A DNA stretch of 63,243 nucleotides, the filler included. It is 4 parts of 4 records of this genome, joined end to end, with 100 filler letters (N's around TTAATTAATTAA, not from the genome) between each part and the next. Parts side by side here need not be neighbours in the genome. Positions count along the whole stretch, not along the records: positions 11,016 to 38,598 come from DRR378314_421; positions 38,699 to 52,982 come from DRR378314_430; 2 more parts are not named here. One strand, 5' to 3'. The stretch's first letter is position 1; each line of letters starts with the position of its first letter. The translations under genes and the position numbers were made by a program. Below, piece by piece: positions 30,047 through 39,592 of this stretch. The notes under the pieces are model-generated. The model saw nothing but the letters and a program-made list of their open reading frames with translations. It was not told the origin of the DNA and searched no databases.

Positions 30047-31540
30047 ATGTCAATGCAGGCCAGCCAATCATTGCGTCAGACTCCGCTTGATAAGCGTCAG
30101 GCTATTAAGCTCTTGCTGAAAGCCATTGGCGGGCTCATTGCATTGCTTTCTATCGCCTTGCTGGCGCCTTTTGTGATGGCGGTGGTCAGTGGCGAAAAAG
30201 AACAGTGGACCTATCTGACATTATCGAGCCTGGGGTTGGTTCTTGGTTTGGTTTTGTTTTTGCAGCCAGCGGGTGAGGCCAAACTGCGGGCACGACAAGT
30301 TTTTTTGTTAACCTCCTTATGCTGGATTTCGGCCAGCTTATTCGCAACCTTGCCGTTTATTTTTGCGCGCCCCTATCTGGACTTCTCCAGTGCGTGGTTT
30401 GAAGCCATGTCAGCCATTACCACAACCGGAGCTACTGTTATTTCGGGGCTGGACAATTTACCCGCAAGTGTTTTGTTGTGGCGGGCTATGTTGCAATGGT
30501 TAGGCGGGATTGGAATTATCGTTATGGCTATGGCCATTTTGCCGTTCTTGCAAGTTGGCGGCATGCGCCTGTTCCAGGCTGAATCTTCCGATATGTCGGG
30601 TAAATTTATGCCGCGTTCCAGCCACATGGTCTTGGCAATAGGGCGGGTTTACCTCATTCTGACGGCTGCCGTTATTAGCTTGTATTTAATTGGCGGCATG
30701 GGCAGTTTTGATGCCTTTGTGCACGGCATGACCACCATAGCGACAGCAGGCTTCTCTAACTACGATGCGTCTTTTGGGCATTTTTCTAATACACCATTTT
30801 TGGTGATAACGGGCACTATTTTTATGGTGGCAGGCGCCTTACCTTTTGTGCTCTACATTCGCTTTGTAAAAGGTGACTTTGGACCATTGTGGAAAGATAG
30901 CCAGGTACGGGCTTTTGTTACCTTCCTTCTCATTGCTATTGCGTTGATTACCCTGGTTCAGATAGTTAAAGGACGGGAACTTGGTGATGCATTAATGCAT
31001 ACGGCATTTAATGTCGTGTCAGTTGTGACCACAACCGGCTACGCAACCGAAGACTACGGCAGTTGGGGAAGCTGGTCATTAATGGCTTTCTTCTACTTAA
31101 TGTTTATTGGTGGTTGTACCGGCTCCACTTCCGGCGGTATGAAAATTTTTCGTTTTCAGTTGTCGCAGCTGTTATTAAGAAAACAGTTTAGCCAGTTAAT
31201 TCATCCTAACCTGGTCAGTGTCCAGACCTATCAGGAACGTCGGGTAAATGACTCTTTACTTGGCTCAATGGTCGCTTTTTGCTTTATGTATTTCTTGCTG
31301 ATAGCGGTTATTGCATTGGGACTATCATTATTTGATCTGGATTTTATGACCGCAATATCGGGTGCGGCTTCTGCGGTGGGCAACGTTGGTCCTGGGTTAG
31401 GCGACATTATTGGTCCGGCCGGCAATTTCGCAAGCCTTGATGGGGGAGCTAAACTTTTGCTCGTTTTTGCTATGCTGGCAGGCCGTCTGGAAATTATGAC
31501 AGTACTTATTTTGTTCCATCGTCATTATTGGCGCCACTAA
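30047..31540 (+). CDS. trkH: TrkH-family potassium uptake protein
   Basis: Four filter motifs TTTG, ATAG, TTTG, GNVGPG; GSTSGGMK; GRLE. Confidence 0.92.
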   Translation: MSMQASQSLRQTPLDKRQAIKLLLKAIGGLIALLSIALLAPFVMAVVSGEKEQWTYLTLSSLGLVLGLVLFLQPAGEAKLRARQVFLLTSLCWISASLFATLPFIFARPYLDFSSAWFEAMSAITTTGATVISGLDNLPASVLLWRAMLQWLGGIGIIVMAMAILPFLQVGGMRLFQAESSDMSGKFMPRSSHMVLAIGRVYLILTAAVISLYLIGGMGSFDAFVHGMTTIATAGFSNYDASFGHFSNTPFLVITGTIFMVAGALPFVLYIRFVKGDFGPLWKDSQVRAFVTFLLIAIALITLVQIVKGRELGDALMHTAFNVVSVVTTTGYATEDYGSWGSWSLMAFFYLMFIGGCTGSTSGGMKIFRFQLSQLLLRKQFSQLIHPNLVSVQTYQERRVNDSLLGSMVAFCFMYFLLIAVIALGLSLFDLDFMTAISGAASAVGNVGPGLGDIIGPAGNFASLDGGAKLLLVFAMLAGRLEIMTVLILFHRHYWRH

Positions 31541-31591
31541 GTGCAGCCTGAAACGGTTTACACTCTTACCAAAAATAAATTCAGCGAACAC

Positions 31592-31646
31592 TTGCACGCT
31601 GAAACGACATGAATTAGATTAAACGCATGTTTAAATCATGCGTTTA
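31592..31646 (+). promoter_or_regulatory. Sigma70 promoter with overlapping PsrA-type operator
   Basis: TTGCAC-17 nt-TAGATT followed by TTAAAC-GCAT-GTTTAA and a second AATC-ATGC-GTTT site (AAAC-N4-GTTT pattern). Confidence 0.7.
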
Positions 31647-31654
31647 TTTATTTC

Positions 31655-32281
31655 ATGGCAGCCCGAATTCCGACTCAAAAGAAAATACTTAATGCCGCAG
31701 AAATGCTCTTTTCCCGCGATGGGTTTGAGCAAACTTCGTTACGGCAAATTACGCAGGAAGCGGGGGTTAACCTTGCTTCCGTAAACTATCACTTTGGCTC
31801 AAAAAAAGCACTCATTCAAGCCGTAATGGCGCGTTATCTGGCTGTTTTCATGCCAGTGCTGGAAGAACAGTTGAAACTGGCAGAGCAGCAGAGCGAGCTA
31901 AAAACGGAGGAGCTGTTTAAGCGCTTTAAAATACCTTTGGCAAAGTTAACCGAGGTCAATAAACACGGTCCCGATATCTTTTTAAGATTACTGGGCTTTG
32001 CTTACTCTGAAATTCAGGGGCATTTACGTAAATACACTCAGCAGGAGTTTGGTGAGGTATTACAGCATTTAATGGCTCTATTAAAGCGCGCAAATCCGCA
32101 TTTGGATGAGCAACAAATGTTCTGGCGTCTACACTTTATTCTGGGAGCGGCAGTTTTTGCCCAGGTATCGGGACAAGCTCTGATTGAAATTGCGGAGGCA
32201 GAGTTCAATCAAAAAGTGGGTGCGCAGGACGTTATCGATCATCTGATCCCATTTGTTTCCGGCGGGCTGGAAGAAGCGTAA
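31655..32281 (+). CDS. psrA: TetR-family regulator, PsrA-like
   Basis: TSLRQITQEAGVNLASVNYHFGSKKALIQAV and FWRLHF; upstream of fadE. Confidence 0.8.
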   Translation: MAARIPTQKKILNAAEMLFSRDGFEQTSLRQITQEAGVNLASVNYHFGSKKALIQAVMARYLAVFMPVLEEQLKLAEQQSELKTEELFKRFKIPLAKLTEVNKHGPDIFLRLLGFAYSEIQGHLRKYTQQEFGEVLQHLMALLKRANPHLDEQQMFWRLHFILGAAVFAQVSGQALIEIAEAEFNQKVGAQDVIDHLIPFVSGGLEEA

Positions 32282-32344
32282 ACAACCTGTCGTAAGTTTG
32301 AGATTTGACTACACTTTTATTGTGATGGTGCACTGGAGATACCC

Positions 32345-34684
32345 ATGGAAATTTTTATTCTGTTAGTGGTTTTGGTGGTACTGGTGTTTGCAGTCGGAGA
32401 TATCCGTCGCAGCCTGGTGACCAAGCCTGTTTTTGCTATTTTTAAACGCATTTTGCCACCCATGTCTGACACAGAACGTGAGGCCATGGAAGCGGGCGAT
32501 GTATGGTGGGATGGAGAACTGTTCAGTGGACGTCCGGACTGGCAGAAACTGCTGGATGTACCTGAACCTAAGCTCACTACTGAGGAACAGGCGTTTGTCG
32601 ATAACCAGTTAGCTAAGCTACTGGACATGCTGGATGATTTTAAAATTGTGCAGCAGGATCGCGATTTGCCTAAACAAGTTTGGGATTATCTGCGTAAAGA
32701 GCGCTTCTTTGCCATGATCATTGGTAAAGATTACGGCGGACTCGATTTCACCCCAGCAGCAAACTCCTACATTGTTTCGCGAATTGCCAGTCGCTCTATC
32801 AGTGCTGCGGTATCTGTTATGGTTCCAAACTCTCTGGGGCCGGGCGAGTTACTAACGCATTATGGTACCAAAGAACAAAAAGACTATTGGTTACCGCGCT
32901 TATCTGATGGCACCGACATTCCGTGTTTTGCCTTAACTGGACCGGAAGCTGGCTCAGATGCTGGCGCTATTCCGGATGAAGGGATCATTTGTAAAGGTGA
33001 GCACGAGGGTGAAGAAGTTGTTGGTATTCGTCTTAACTGGTCGAAGCGTTATATTACCTTAGCACCTTCAGCAACGGTTCTGGGTTTGGCATTTAAACTC
33101 TACGACCCGGAAGCCTTATTAGGTGATAAGAAAGAGATAGGTATTACTTGTGCGTTAATTCCAACGTCGCACAAAGGCATTGAAATTGGCGACCGTCATT
33201 TTCCTCTCAACCAGGCTTTTCTGAACGGTACAACCTTTGGTAAAGACGTCTTTATTCCGCTGAAATGGATTATTGGTGGTTCAGACTATGCCGGTAAAGG
33301 CTGGCGTATGCTGGTTGAATGTTTGTCAGCAGGGCGTGGTATTTCGCTGCCGGCACTGGCTGCTGCATCAGGCCACGTAACTCAGCGTATGACCGGCGCT
33401 TACGCTTATGTGCGTCAGCAGTTTGGTATGCCAATTGGTATGTTTGAAGGCGTGCAGTCATCAATGGGTAAAATTGGTGGTACCAACTACATTCTGGAAT
33501 CTATGCGTCGTCTGACCATTTCGGCTTTATGCCAGGGACAGAGCCCTTCGGTAGTAACGGCCATGACCAAATACCACATGACCGAAATGGGTCGTGAAGT
33601 ATTAGAGCATGCAATGGATATTCACGCTGGGAAAGGCATTCAATTAGGTCCACATAACTATTTAGGCCACGCCTACATGGCAACACCAGTGTCTATTACG
33701 GTTGAGGGTGCAAATATTCTGACCCGTAACCTGATGATATTTGGTCAGGGCGCAACGCGTTGCCACCCCTACGTACTTAAAGAAATGAAAGCTGCGGCTA
33801 ACCCGAATGAAGACGAGGGCATGCGTGAGTTTGACGGCTTGCTGATGAAGCATATCGGTTTTGCCGCCAGTAACGTCTTTGGCAGCTTATGGCTGGGTCT
33901 GAGTGGCGCACGCTTTGGCGAGTCTCCGGTGAGTGGTGAAACGGCGCATTATTACCGTAAACTAGGTCGTATGAGTCGTGGTTTAGCTTTAGCATCAGAT
34001 ATTTCTATGCTGATGATGGGCGGCGATTTAAAACGTAAAGAAATGATTTCAGCCCGCTTAGGTGACATTTTAAGTCATTTGTATATGGGCTCGGCAGTAC
34101 TGAAGCGCTTTGAAGACGAAGGCCGTCAGGTAGCTGACTTACCTTACGTTCATTATGCGCTGAAGCATCATTTATACAGCATTGCCGATGCGTTCTATGG
34201 CTTCTTTGATAACTTCCCGAATCGCTTTATGGCGTGGGTAATGCGTATTTTGATATTCCCACTGGGCAACCATTTCAAAAAGCCGTCTGATGAAATTTTA
34301 CAGGACATCAGTGTCAGCATGATGGAGCCGGGCGTTACTCGTGACCGTCATACCTTCCTGTGCTACTGGAAAGACAGTATTGGTGATGCCACCGGGCACA
34401 TGGAAAAAGCCTTTATTTCGATGCTGGAAATGAAGTCGGTTTACAAAACGCTGCGTAAAGCGCAAAAACGCGGTGAATTGTCCTCTAACCTCAATGGCAA
34501 AGAGCTTGCCGATGTGGCGCTTGAGAAAGGCTTAATCGATAAAGACACGGCTGAAAAGCTGGCTGAAACCGAAGAGCTTCGTTTAACCGCCATTGGCGTT
34601 GACAGTTTCGCTCCCGGTATTATCGAAAACAACCAGTTTTACACGGCTAAAGGTGACATAAGAAAAGCAGCGGTTAAAGACTAA
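32345..34684 (+). CDS. fadE: Long-chain acyl-CoA dehydrogenase FadE
   Basis: 779 aa; MVPNSLGPGELL, CFALTGPEAGSDA, ITVEGANILTR, GQGATRCHPY. Confidence 0.92.
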   Translation: MEIFILLVVLVVLVFAVGDIRRSLVTKPVFAIFKRILPPMSDTEREAMEAGDVWWDGELFSGRPDWQKLLDVPEPKLTTEEQAFVDNQLAKLLDMLDDFKIVQQDRDLPKQVWDYLRKERFFAMIIGKDYGGLDFTPAANSYIVSRIASRSISAAVSVMVPNSLGPGELLTHYGTKEQKDYWLPRLSDGTDIPCFALTGPEAGSDAGAIPDEGIICKGEHEGEEVVGIRLNWSKRYITLAPSATVLGLAFKLYDPEALLGDKKEIGITCALIPTSHKGIEIGDRHFPLNQAFLNGTTFGKDVFIPLKWIIGGSDYAGKGWRMLVECLSAGRGISLPALAAASGHVTQRMTGAYAYVRQQFGMPIGMFEGVQSSMGKIGGTNYILESMRRLTISALCQGQSPSVVTAMTKYHMTEMGREVLEHAMDIHAGKGIQLGPHNYLGHAYMATPVSITVEGANILTRNLMIFGQGATRCHPYVLKEMKAAANPNEDEGMREFDGLLMKHIGFAASNVFGSLWLGLSGARFGESPVSGETAHYYRKLGRMSRGLALASDISMLMMGGDLKRKEMISARLGDILSHLYMGSAVLKRFEDEGRQVADLPYVHYALKHHLYSIADAFYGFFDNFPNRFMAWVMRILIFPLGNHFKKPSDEILQDISVSMMEPGVTRDRHTFLCYWKDSIGDATGHMEKAFISMLEMKSVYKTLRKAQKRGELSSNLNGKELADVALEKGLIDKDTAEKLAETEELRLTAIGVDSFAPGIIENNQFYTAKGDIRKAAVKD

Positions 34685-34715
34685 CCGCTGCTGCATCGGG
34701 TTCCTGCGTATAGCC

Positions 34716-36068
34716 TTACTGCAGGGACTCGCGCTTATCCTTCATGTTGTGAATAGGTTTAACAAAAGAGCGCGCCTGAGCGCTCTTTTTTATTTCTGCG
34801 CTGGCAGAGCTTACCGGGCAACTGCCGGTACTAATGTATGTGTTTGCGGCCGCTGTTAATGGATCTTCTGAGCTTCCCCAGTCAGCGACCAGTTGGTCTT
34901 CAACCGAACAGGTTGGTGCCAGACCATTGTAGTATTTCCCTTCACCCTCTGAGTTAACCGTTTCAAAGTTAATGGCAAAAGTGACTTTATCGCAGAGTTC
35001 GGCGGGTTGCTGGCCGACAGGCTTTCCACATGTCTGTTCGCCTATAGTGACAACTTCAATATGCGGGCTTAACGAGTTAATAATAATTTCGGAAGACGAA
35101 CAACTGCTGCCGGTGGTTAGCACAAACACCCGGTCTAAATCGAGTTGCTCGACACCATCGACCAAACTAAAAGGGAGTGTCTGGTTCTGGTCGCTATTCT
35201 GCTCGTTAAAGCGGTATTGCAGAAAGGTTTTACCCAGCACATTGCTGCCGGCAGTCTGAGTAGAAATTTGATTAGCGTAACGAATTAAACCGCCACCGTT
35301 ATAGCGCACATCAATGACTAAATGGTCGATGTTGTCGGTGGCAAACTGATCAAATGCCGTGTTTAAGTCTGAACCCGTGCGGTTAATGAATGAGTCCAGA
35401 GCAAAGTAACCAACCGTTTCTCCATTTTGTGTGTAAGTTTGAGCCCCCATAACGGTATTGGTTTCTACTTCAACTTTACTTAAGAGTTCGGTTTCTTCAC
35501 TACCGTCCGGACGTCTCCAGGTAACGCTTTTACTGACGCCACTCTCGTTGGGGCCTAATGCGTTATTAAACTCCCCATTGGCAAGTAAGTCCGCTACCGA
35601 CTGCCCATCTATCTCCAATAGTTCATCGCCTCGGGCAATGCCAGCTGCAGCGGCGGGGGAGTTGTCATAAACAAAACGAATTTTTACCCGGCTTGCGCTA
35701 ATTTGTTCCATAGAAAAACCAAACCCAAAGTAAGTCGCACTGACAAACAGGTCATCGTATTCCTCTTCTGTAAGAATGTAGCTGTAGGTGTCCTCTGGTA
35801 CTCGCAATTCCTCAAGAACCGCATAAACGTCGTCAAAGGCCTCAGGATCTAAGTTATCCTGTAGCTGGCTTGCCCAGAAGTAATCCTCTTTCATGTACTC
35901 GAAAAACTCTTCATTTTGGTATTCAGCGGAACAAAACGCGTAGTCATTTTCACCACCAGCGGAGCCACCTGAACTACCAGAACTACCAGAACTGCCGCTG
36001 TCTGATCCGCCACAGGCCGACAGTGCCAAAGTAATACCAATACATAAAAGCGATTTTTCGAGTTTCAT
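34716..36068 (-). CDS. S41-family peptidase lipoprotein with PDZ domain
   Basis: Lipobox LSAC, G/S linker, GFGF PDZ motif, DVRYNGGG, SCSSSE, TCGKP; start moved to the ATG at 36068. Confidence 0.85.
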   Translation of the reverse strand: MKLEKSLLCIGITLALSACGGSDSGSSGSSGSSGGSAGGENDYAFCSAEYQNEEFFEYMKEDYFWASQLQDNLDPEAFDDVYAVLEELRVPEDTYSYILTEEEYDDLFVSATYFGFGFSMEQISASRVKIRFVYDNSPAAAAGIARGDELLEIDGQSVADLLANGEFNNALGPNESGVSKSVTWRRPDGSEETELLSKVEVETNTVMGAQTYTQNGETVGYFALDSFINRTGSDLNTAFDQFATDNIDHLVIDVRYNGGGLIRYANQISTQTAGSNVLGKTFLQYRFNEQNSDQNQTLPFSLVDGVEQLDLDRVFVLTTGSSCSSSEIIINSLSPHIEVVTIGEQTCGKPVGQQPAELCDKVTFAINFETVNSEGEGKYYNGLAPTCSVEDQLVADWGSSEDPLTAAANTYISTGSCPVSSASAEIKKSAQARSFVKPIHNMKDKRESLQ

Positions 36069-36201
36069 ACTACGTCTCTCTTGTTGTTGTAATAATGTTA
36101 ATTTAGCACAGCGAACGAAAAGATAAACAGGGAACATGGCGTCTTTACTGAACTCATGGCAAACTGCTGACTATTGAAAACGAAATGAGACAGCTGCTGT
36201 T

Positions 36202-37194
36202 ATGGCACAATTAATGATAGATATAGCGGGCACAGAGCTGACCGCCGAGGACAAAAAACTTCTTGCGTCACCCGCCGTAAACGGACTAATTCTATTTACG
36301 CGAAATTTTGCCTCGCTGGAACAACTGCAGGAGTTAATACGTGAGGCACGAGCCGCTGCTGCTAAGCCGTTGCTTATTGCAGTAGACCACGAAGGTGGGC
36401 GGGTACAGCGTTTTCGTGAGGGGTTTAGCGCCATACCTTCTATGGGCTCTTTGCAAAAAATTGAAAATGAAGACGAACGTCAGCGTGCCGCGCGCGACTT
36501 AGGCTGGCTAATGGCAGCAGAAGTTCAGGCTGTGGGCATTGATATCAGTTTTGCCCCGGTACTGGACGTAGACGACTGCAGTGACGTTATAGGTGATCGC
36601 GCATTTTCTGCAGTGCCGTCGGAAATTTCTAAACTGGCGTCGTCGTTTATTGAAGGTATGCATGAGGCGGGTATGGCCTGCACCGGCAAGCACTTCCCTG
36701 GGCACGGTTCTGTTCAGGCCGATTCCCACATTGCCATTCCGGAAGACGACCGTACCTTAGAGCAAATTCGCGCGCACGATTTAAAGCCATTTTTGTCATT
36801 AAGCCAGAAACTAGACGGCATAATGCCGGCTCACGTTATTTACCCGCAAATAGACCCGCAGCCTGCCGGTTTCAGCGAGTTCTGGCTGCAGCAAATACTG
36901 CGCAGTGAACTGCAGTTTAACGGCACCATATTTAGTGACGACCTGTCTATGCAGGGCGCAACCGTTGCCGGTGACATGGAGCAACGCGCAGTAGCGGCGC
37001 TAAAGGCTGGCTGCGACATGATATTGGTATGCAATGACAGAGCCGGAGCGGTGCAAGTGTTAGATGCTGATTTGCCAGCCACTGGGCCAGAAAGCGCACA
37101 ACGCGTAAATAGAATGCTGATGTCATCGCCAGCGGTGTCGCTCGAAGAGTTAAAACGCACTCAGCGCTGGGAACAAGCCCAACGCTGGCTGTAG
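36202..37194 (+). CDS. nagZ: Beta-N-acetylhexosaminidase (GH3)
   Basis: DHEGGRVQR, KHFPGHG..DSH, FSDDLSM. Confidence 0.95.
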   Translation: MAQLMIDIAGTELTAEDKKLLASPAVNGLILFTRNFASLEQLQELIREARAAAAKPLLIAVDHEGGRVQRFREGFSAIPSMGSLQKIENEDERQRAARDLGWLMAAEVQAVGIDISFAPVLDVDDCSDVIGDRAFSAVPSEISKLASSFIEGMHEAGMACTGKHFPGHGSVQADSHIAIPEDDRTLEQIRAHDLKPFLSLSQKLDGIMPAHVIYPQIDPQPAGFSEFWLQQILRSELQFNGTIFSDDLSMQGATVAGDMEQRAVAALKAGCDMILVCNDRAGAVQVLDADLPATGPESAQRVNRMLMSSPAVSLEELKRTQRWEQAQRWL

Positions 37195-37209
37195 GTTATT
37201 CGTAGCCTT

Positions 37210-37866
37210 TTATTCGTAAGCAATAGGGTCTTCAATGCCGTTGGCGGCGAAGGCCTCTAAGCGTTCCTGGCAGGCTCCGCATTTTCCACAGGCTTTGTCG
37301 CGGCCGTTGTAGCAAGTCCAGGTTTGACTGTAGTCCAGGCCCATTTTAATGCCGTCGGCTAAAATCGCGTTTTTATCCACGTCTAAATAAGGCGCGTGCA
37401 CCGCTACAGGCTCGTAGTTCGCCATTTTACTCACTACATCCATTTGCCGTACAAACTCCGGCCGACAGTCCGGGTAAATAGCGTGGTCACCCGAATGTGC
37501 ACCGTAATACACCGCAGAGGCGTTTTCAGACACCGCGTAACCAATGGCGAGCGACAGTAAAATCATATTGCGGTTAGGCACCACGGTGGATTTCATCGAC
37601 TCTTCTTCGTAGTGGCCTTCAGGAATGTCTATGTCGTCGGTTAGCGAGCTACCGGACAGCAGCGAGTTAATGGCGGTAATGTCCACCACTTTGTGGGGTA
37701 TTCTATGCTGTTTACAGACGTTAGCCGCAACTTCTAATTCTTTGACATGGCGTTGTCCGTAGTTAAACGACAGTGCCAGTACCTCGTTTCCCTCGGCCAG
37801 GGCTTTGTGCAAAACGGTAAAAGAGTCCATTCCGCCTGAATAAATAACAACGACCTTTTGCGACAT
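37210..37866 (-). CDS. queC: 7-cyano-7-deazaguanine synthase
   Basis: SGGMDS, YGQRH, VPNRN, YPDCR, TCY..CGKCGAC; start at the ATG at 37866. Confidence 0.95.
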   Translation of the reverse strand: MSQKVVVIYSGGMDSFTVLHKALAEGNEVLALSFNYGQRHVKELEVAANVCKQHRIPHKVVDITAINSLLSGSSLTDDIDIPEGHYEEESMKSTVVPNRNMILLSLAIGYAVSENASAVYYGAHSGDHAIYPDCRPEFVRQMDVVSKMANYEPVAVHAPYLDVDKNAILADGIKMGLDYSQTWTCYNGRDKACGKCGACQERLEAFAANGIEDPIAYE

Positions 37867-37928
37867 GCTGTAACTCCCCGTATAATCCGCATTCACTCAT
37901 GTTAACCAAAGCCATTTTAACGGAAGCT

Positions 37929-38598
37929 ATGTCTTACCGCATCAACGAAATTTTTGAAACCTTGCAAGGCGAGGGCACCTTTACCGGCGTGCCATCTATT
38001 TTTCTGCGTTTGCAGGGTTGTCCTGTGGGCTGCCCCTGGTGCGATACCCAGCACACATGGGAAACCAACCCCAGCGACCAGGTAAGCATAGACGCATTAA
38101 TGGCAAAAACCGAAGCTTCAGCAAAATGGTCAGAAATGACCGCCGAGGACATTATCGCGCGCTTTGAACAAGAAGGTTACTCAGCCAAACATGTAGTGAT
38201 AACCGGCGGTGAACCCGCTATGTTTGACTTACTGCCGCTTGGCAAAGCCTTAGAAGCTAAAGGCTACCAGTTGCAAATAGAAACCAGCGGTACCTTTGAG
38301 CTAAAAGTAACCGACAGCACCTGGGTAACGGTATCGCCCAAACTGGATATGCCCGGCGGCTACCTAGTGCGCCCCGACTGCATGGCACGCGCTAATGAAA
38401 TAAAGCACCCCATAGCCATGCAAAAGCACATAGACGCGTTAGATTCCTTACTAGAACGCTGCCCACCCAAAGCAGACGCCATTATTTGCCTGCAACCCAT
38501 AAGCCAGCGGCCACGTGCCACCGAGCTTGCCATGAAAACCTGCATAGCGCGTAACTGGCGACTTTCCGTGCAGATGCATAAATATCTTAATATTGAGT
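37929..38598 (+). CDS. queE: 7-carboxy-7-deazaguanine synthase (radical SAM); stop codon probably clipped by contig end
   Basis: FETLQGEG, CPVGCPWCDT, TGGEP, IETSG, VSPK, QMHK. Confidence 0.93.
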
Positions 38599-38698
38599 NN
38601 NNNNNNNNNNNNNNNNNNNNNNNNNNNNNNNNNNNNNNNNNNTTAATTAATTAANNNNNNNNNNNNNNNNNNNNNNNNNNNNNNNNNNNNNNNNNNNN
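38599..38698. other. Artificial contig-joining spacer
   Basis: 44 N + TTAATTAATTAA + 44 N. Confidence 0.97.
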
Positions 38699-38704
38699 GG
38701 GACA

Positions 38705-38728
38705 GAGAGAGAGAGAGAGAGAGAGAGA
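38705..38728. repeat. (GA)n microsatellite at contig edge
   Basis: About 12 AG units; reads (CT)n on the minus strand. Confidence 0.9.
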
Positions 38729-39083
38729 ATATTGCAGCGTCAATGTACAGTGGCGCTAACTATTACGAAAGCAGAATAGCCCGCAGTGCTCGTTCGCTAC
38801 TTGTACGTGCTGTCACAGTGACAGCGGACGCGCGCGTTGCCAGAGAATCGCACGCCAAAGCACACAACAGAAAACCAAAGAAGATAAAAAACGAAAGCCG
38901 GAGAAACTGCGCAACCAGCGCTTCCCTGGCTCAGTAGATTCTCCTTTTCCTCTTGCTAATGCGGGTAAGACTATCCAGCAACCACCCAAAACACAATACA
39001 ACTTCCCTTCACACTGCACAACACGTCAAAACTGGAGAAACCTCGGCGACTTTCAGGCCTTTCCCAACCATCCGGGCGCGTAC

Positions 39084-39592
39084 CTTGCACGCAAAGAGCT
39101 CGTCGCCTTTGGCTTCCTTCACAGAGTACACCATGGCATTCGGAGATCTGCCACGAGGGCGCGAGAATCCACAGGAGCCCGTGCAGGTTCGCACAACGTA
39201 AGTATCGCATTATAATGTATCAAACGGTCCCAGCAATCAATCATTCGTTGCATTTATATTTCTATAGAGAGCAATGTTCAACCCAAAGGCGAGAGGATGG
39301 CTCGGGTGATTCTCTCACTTACCCTGACACGTACGAAATCGTACCAAACACAGCCTGCACACGACATAGCTTCGAGCACGCCATTTCCAACCGAACAAGA
39401 CACCCTTTACGACTACAGCAACCCAATTCAACAGCTCCTTTATAGAAAAAAGCGCGGTCTCCTCGCAACGTACCCGCCAATGTGCGTCTTGGAAGTCACA
39501 GCAAAGTCCTTTGTGAAAGCAGCGCCAGGTTTCGCCCCACGACCGACAACTCCCTTGATCTTCTTCTTCACCCACAAGAAACTGGCACTCAT
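39084..39592 (-). CDS. Eukaryotic protein kinase-like gene, first two coding exons (partial)
   Basis: Exons 39592-39474 and 39147-39084 joined over a GTACGT...GCAG intron give MSASFLWVKKKIKGVVGRGAKPGAAFTKDFAVTSKTHIGGSPNAMVYSVKEAKGDELFACK, resembling kinase subdomains I-II; next donor GTACGC. Confidence 0.5.

Noticed and set aside
35971-35998. 9-nt tandem repeat GAACTACCA
   Set aside because: It encodes the Gly/Ser linker after the S41 lipobox, which is ordinary for lipoproteins.
39198-39267. Plus-strand GTAAGT...TATAG intron-like segment
   Set aside because: The joined plus-strand peptide is unrecognisable, while the minus-strand model gives kinase-like motifs.
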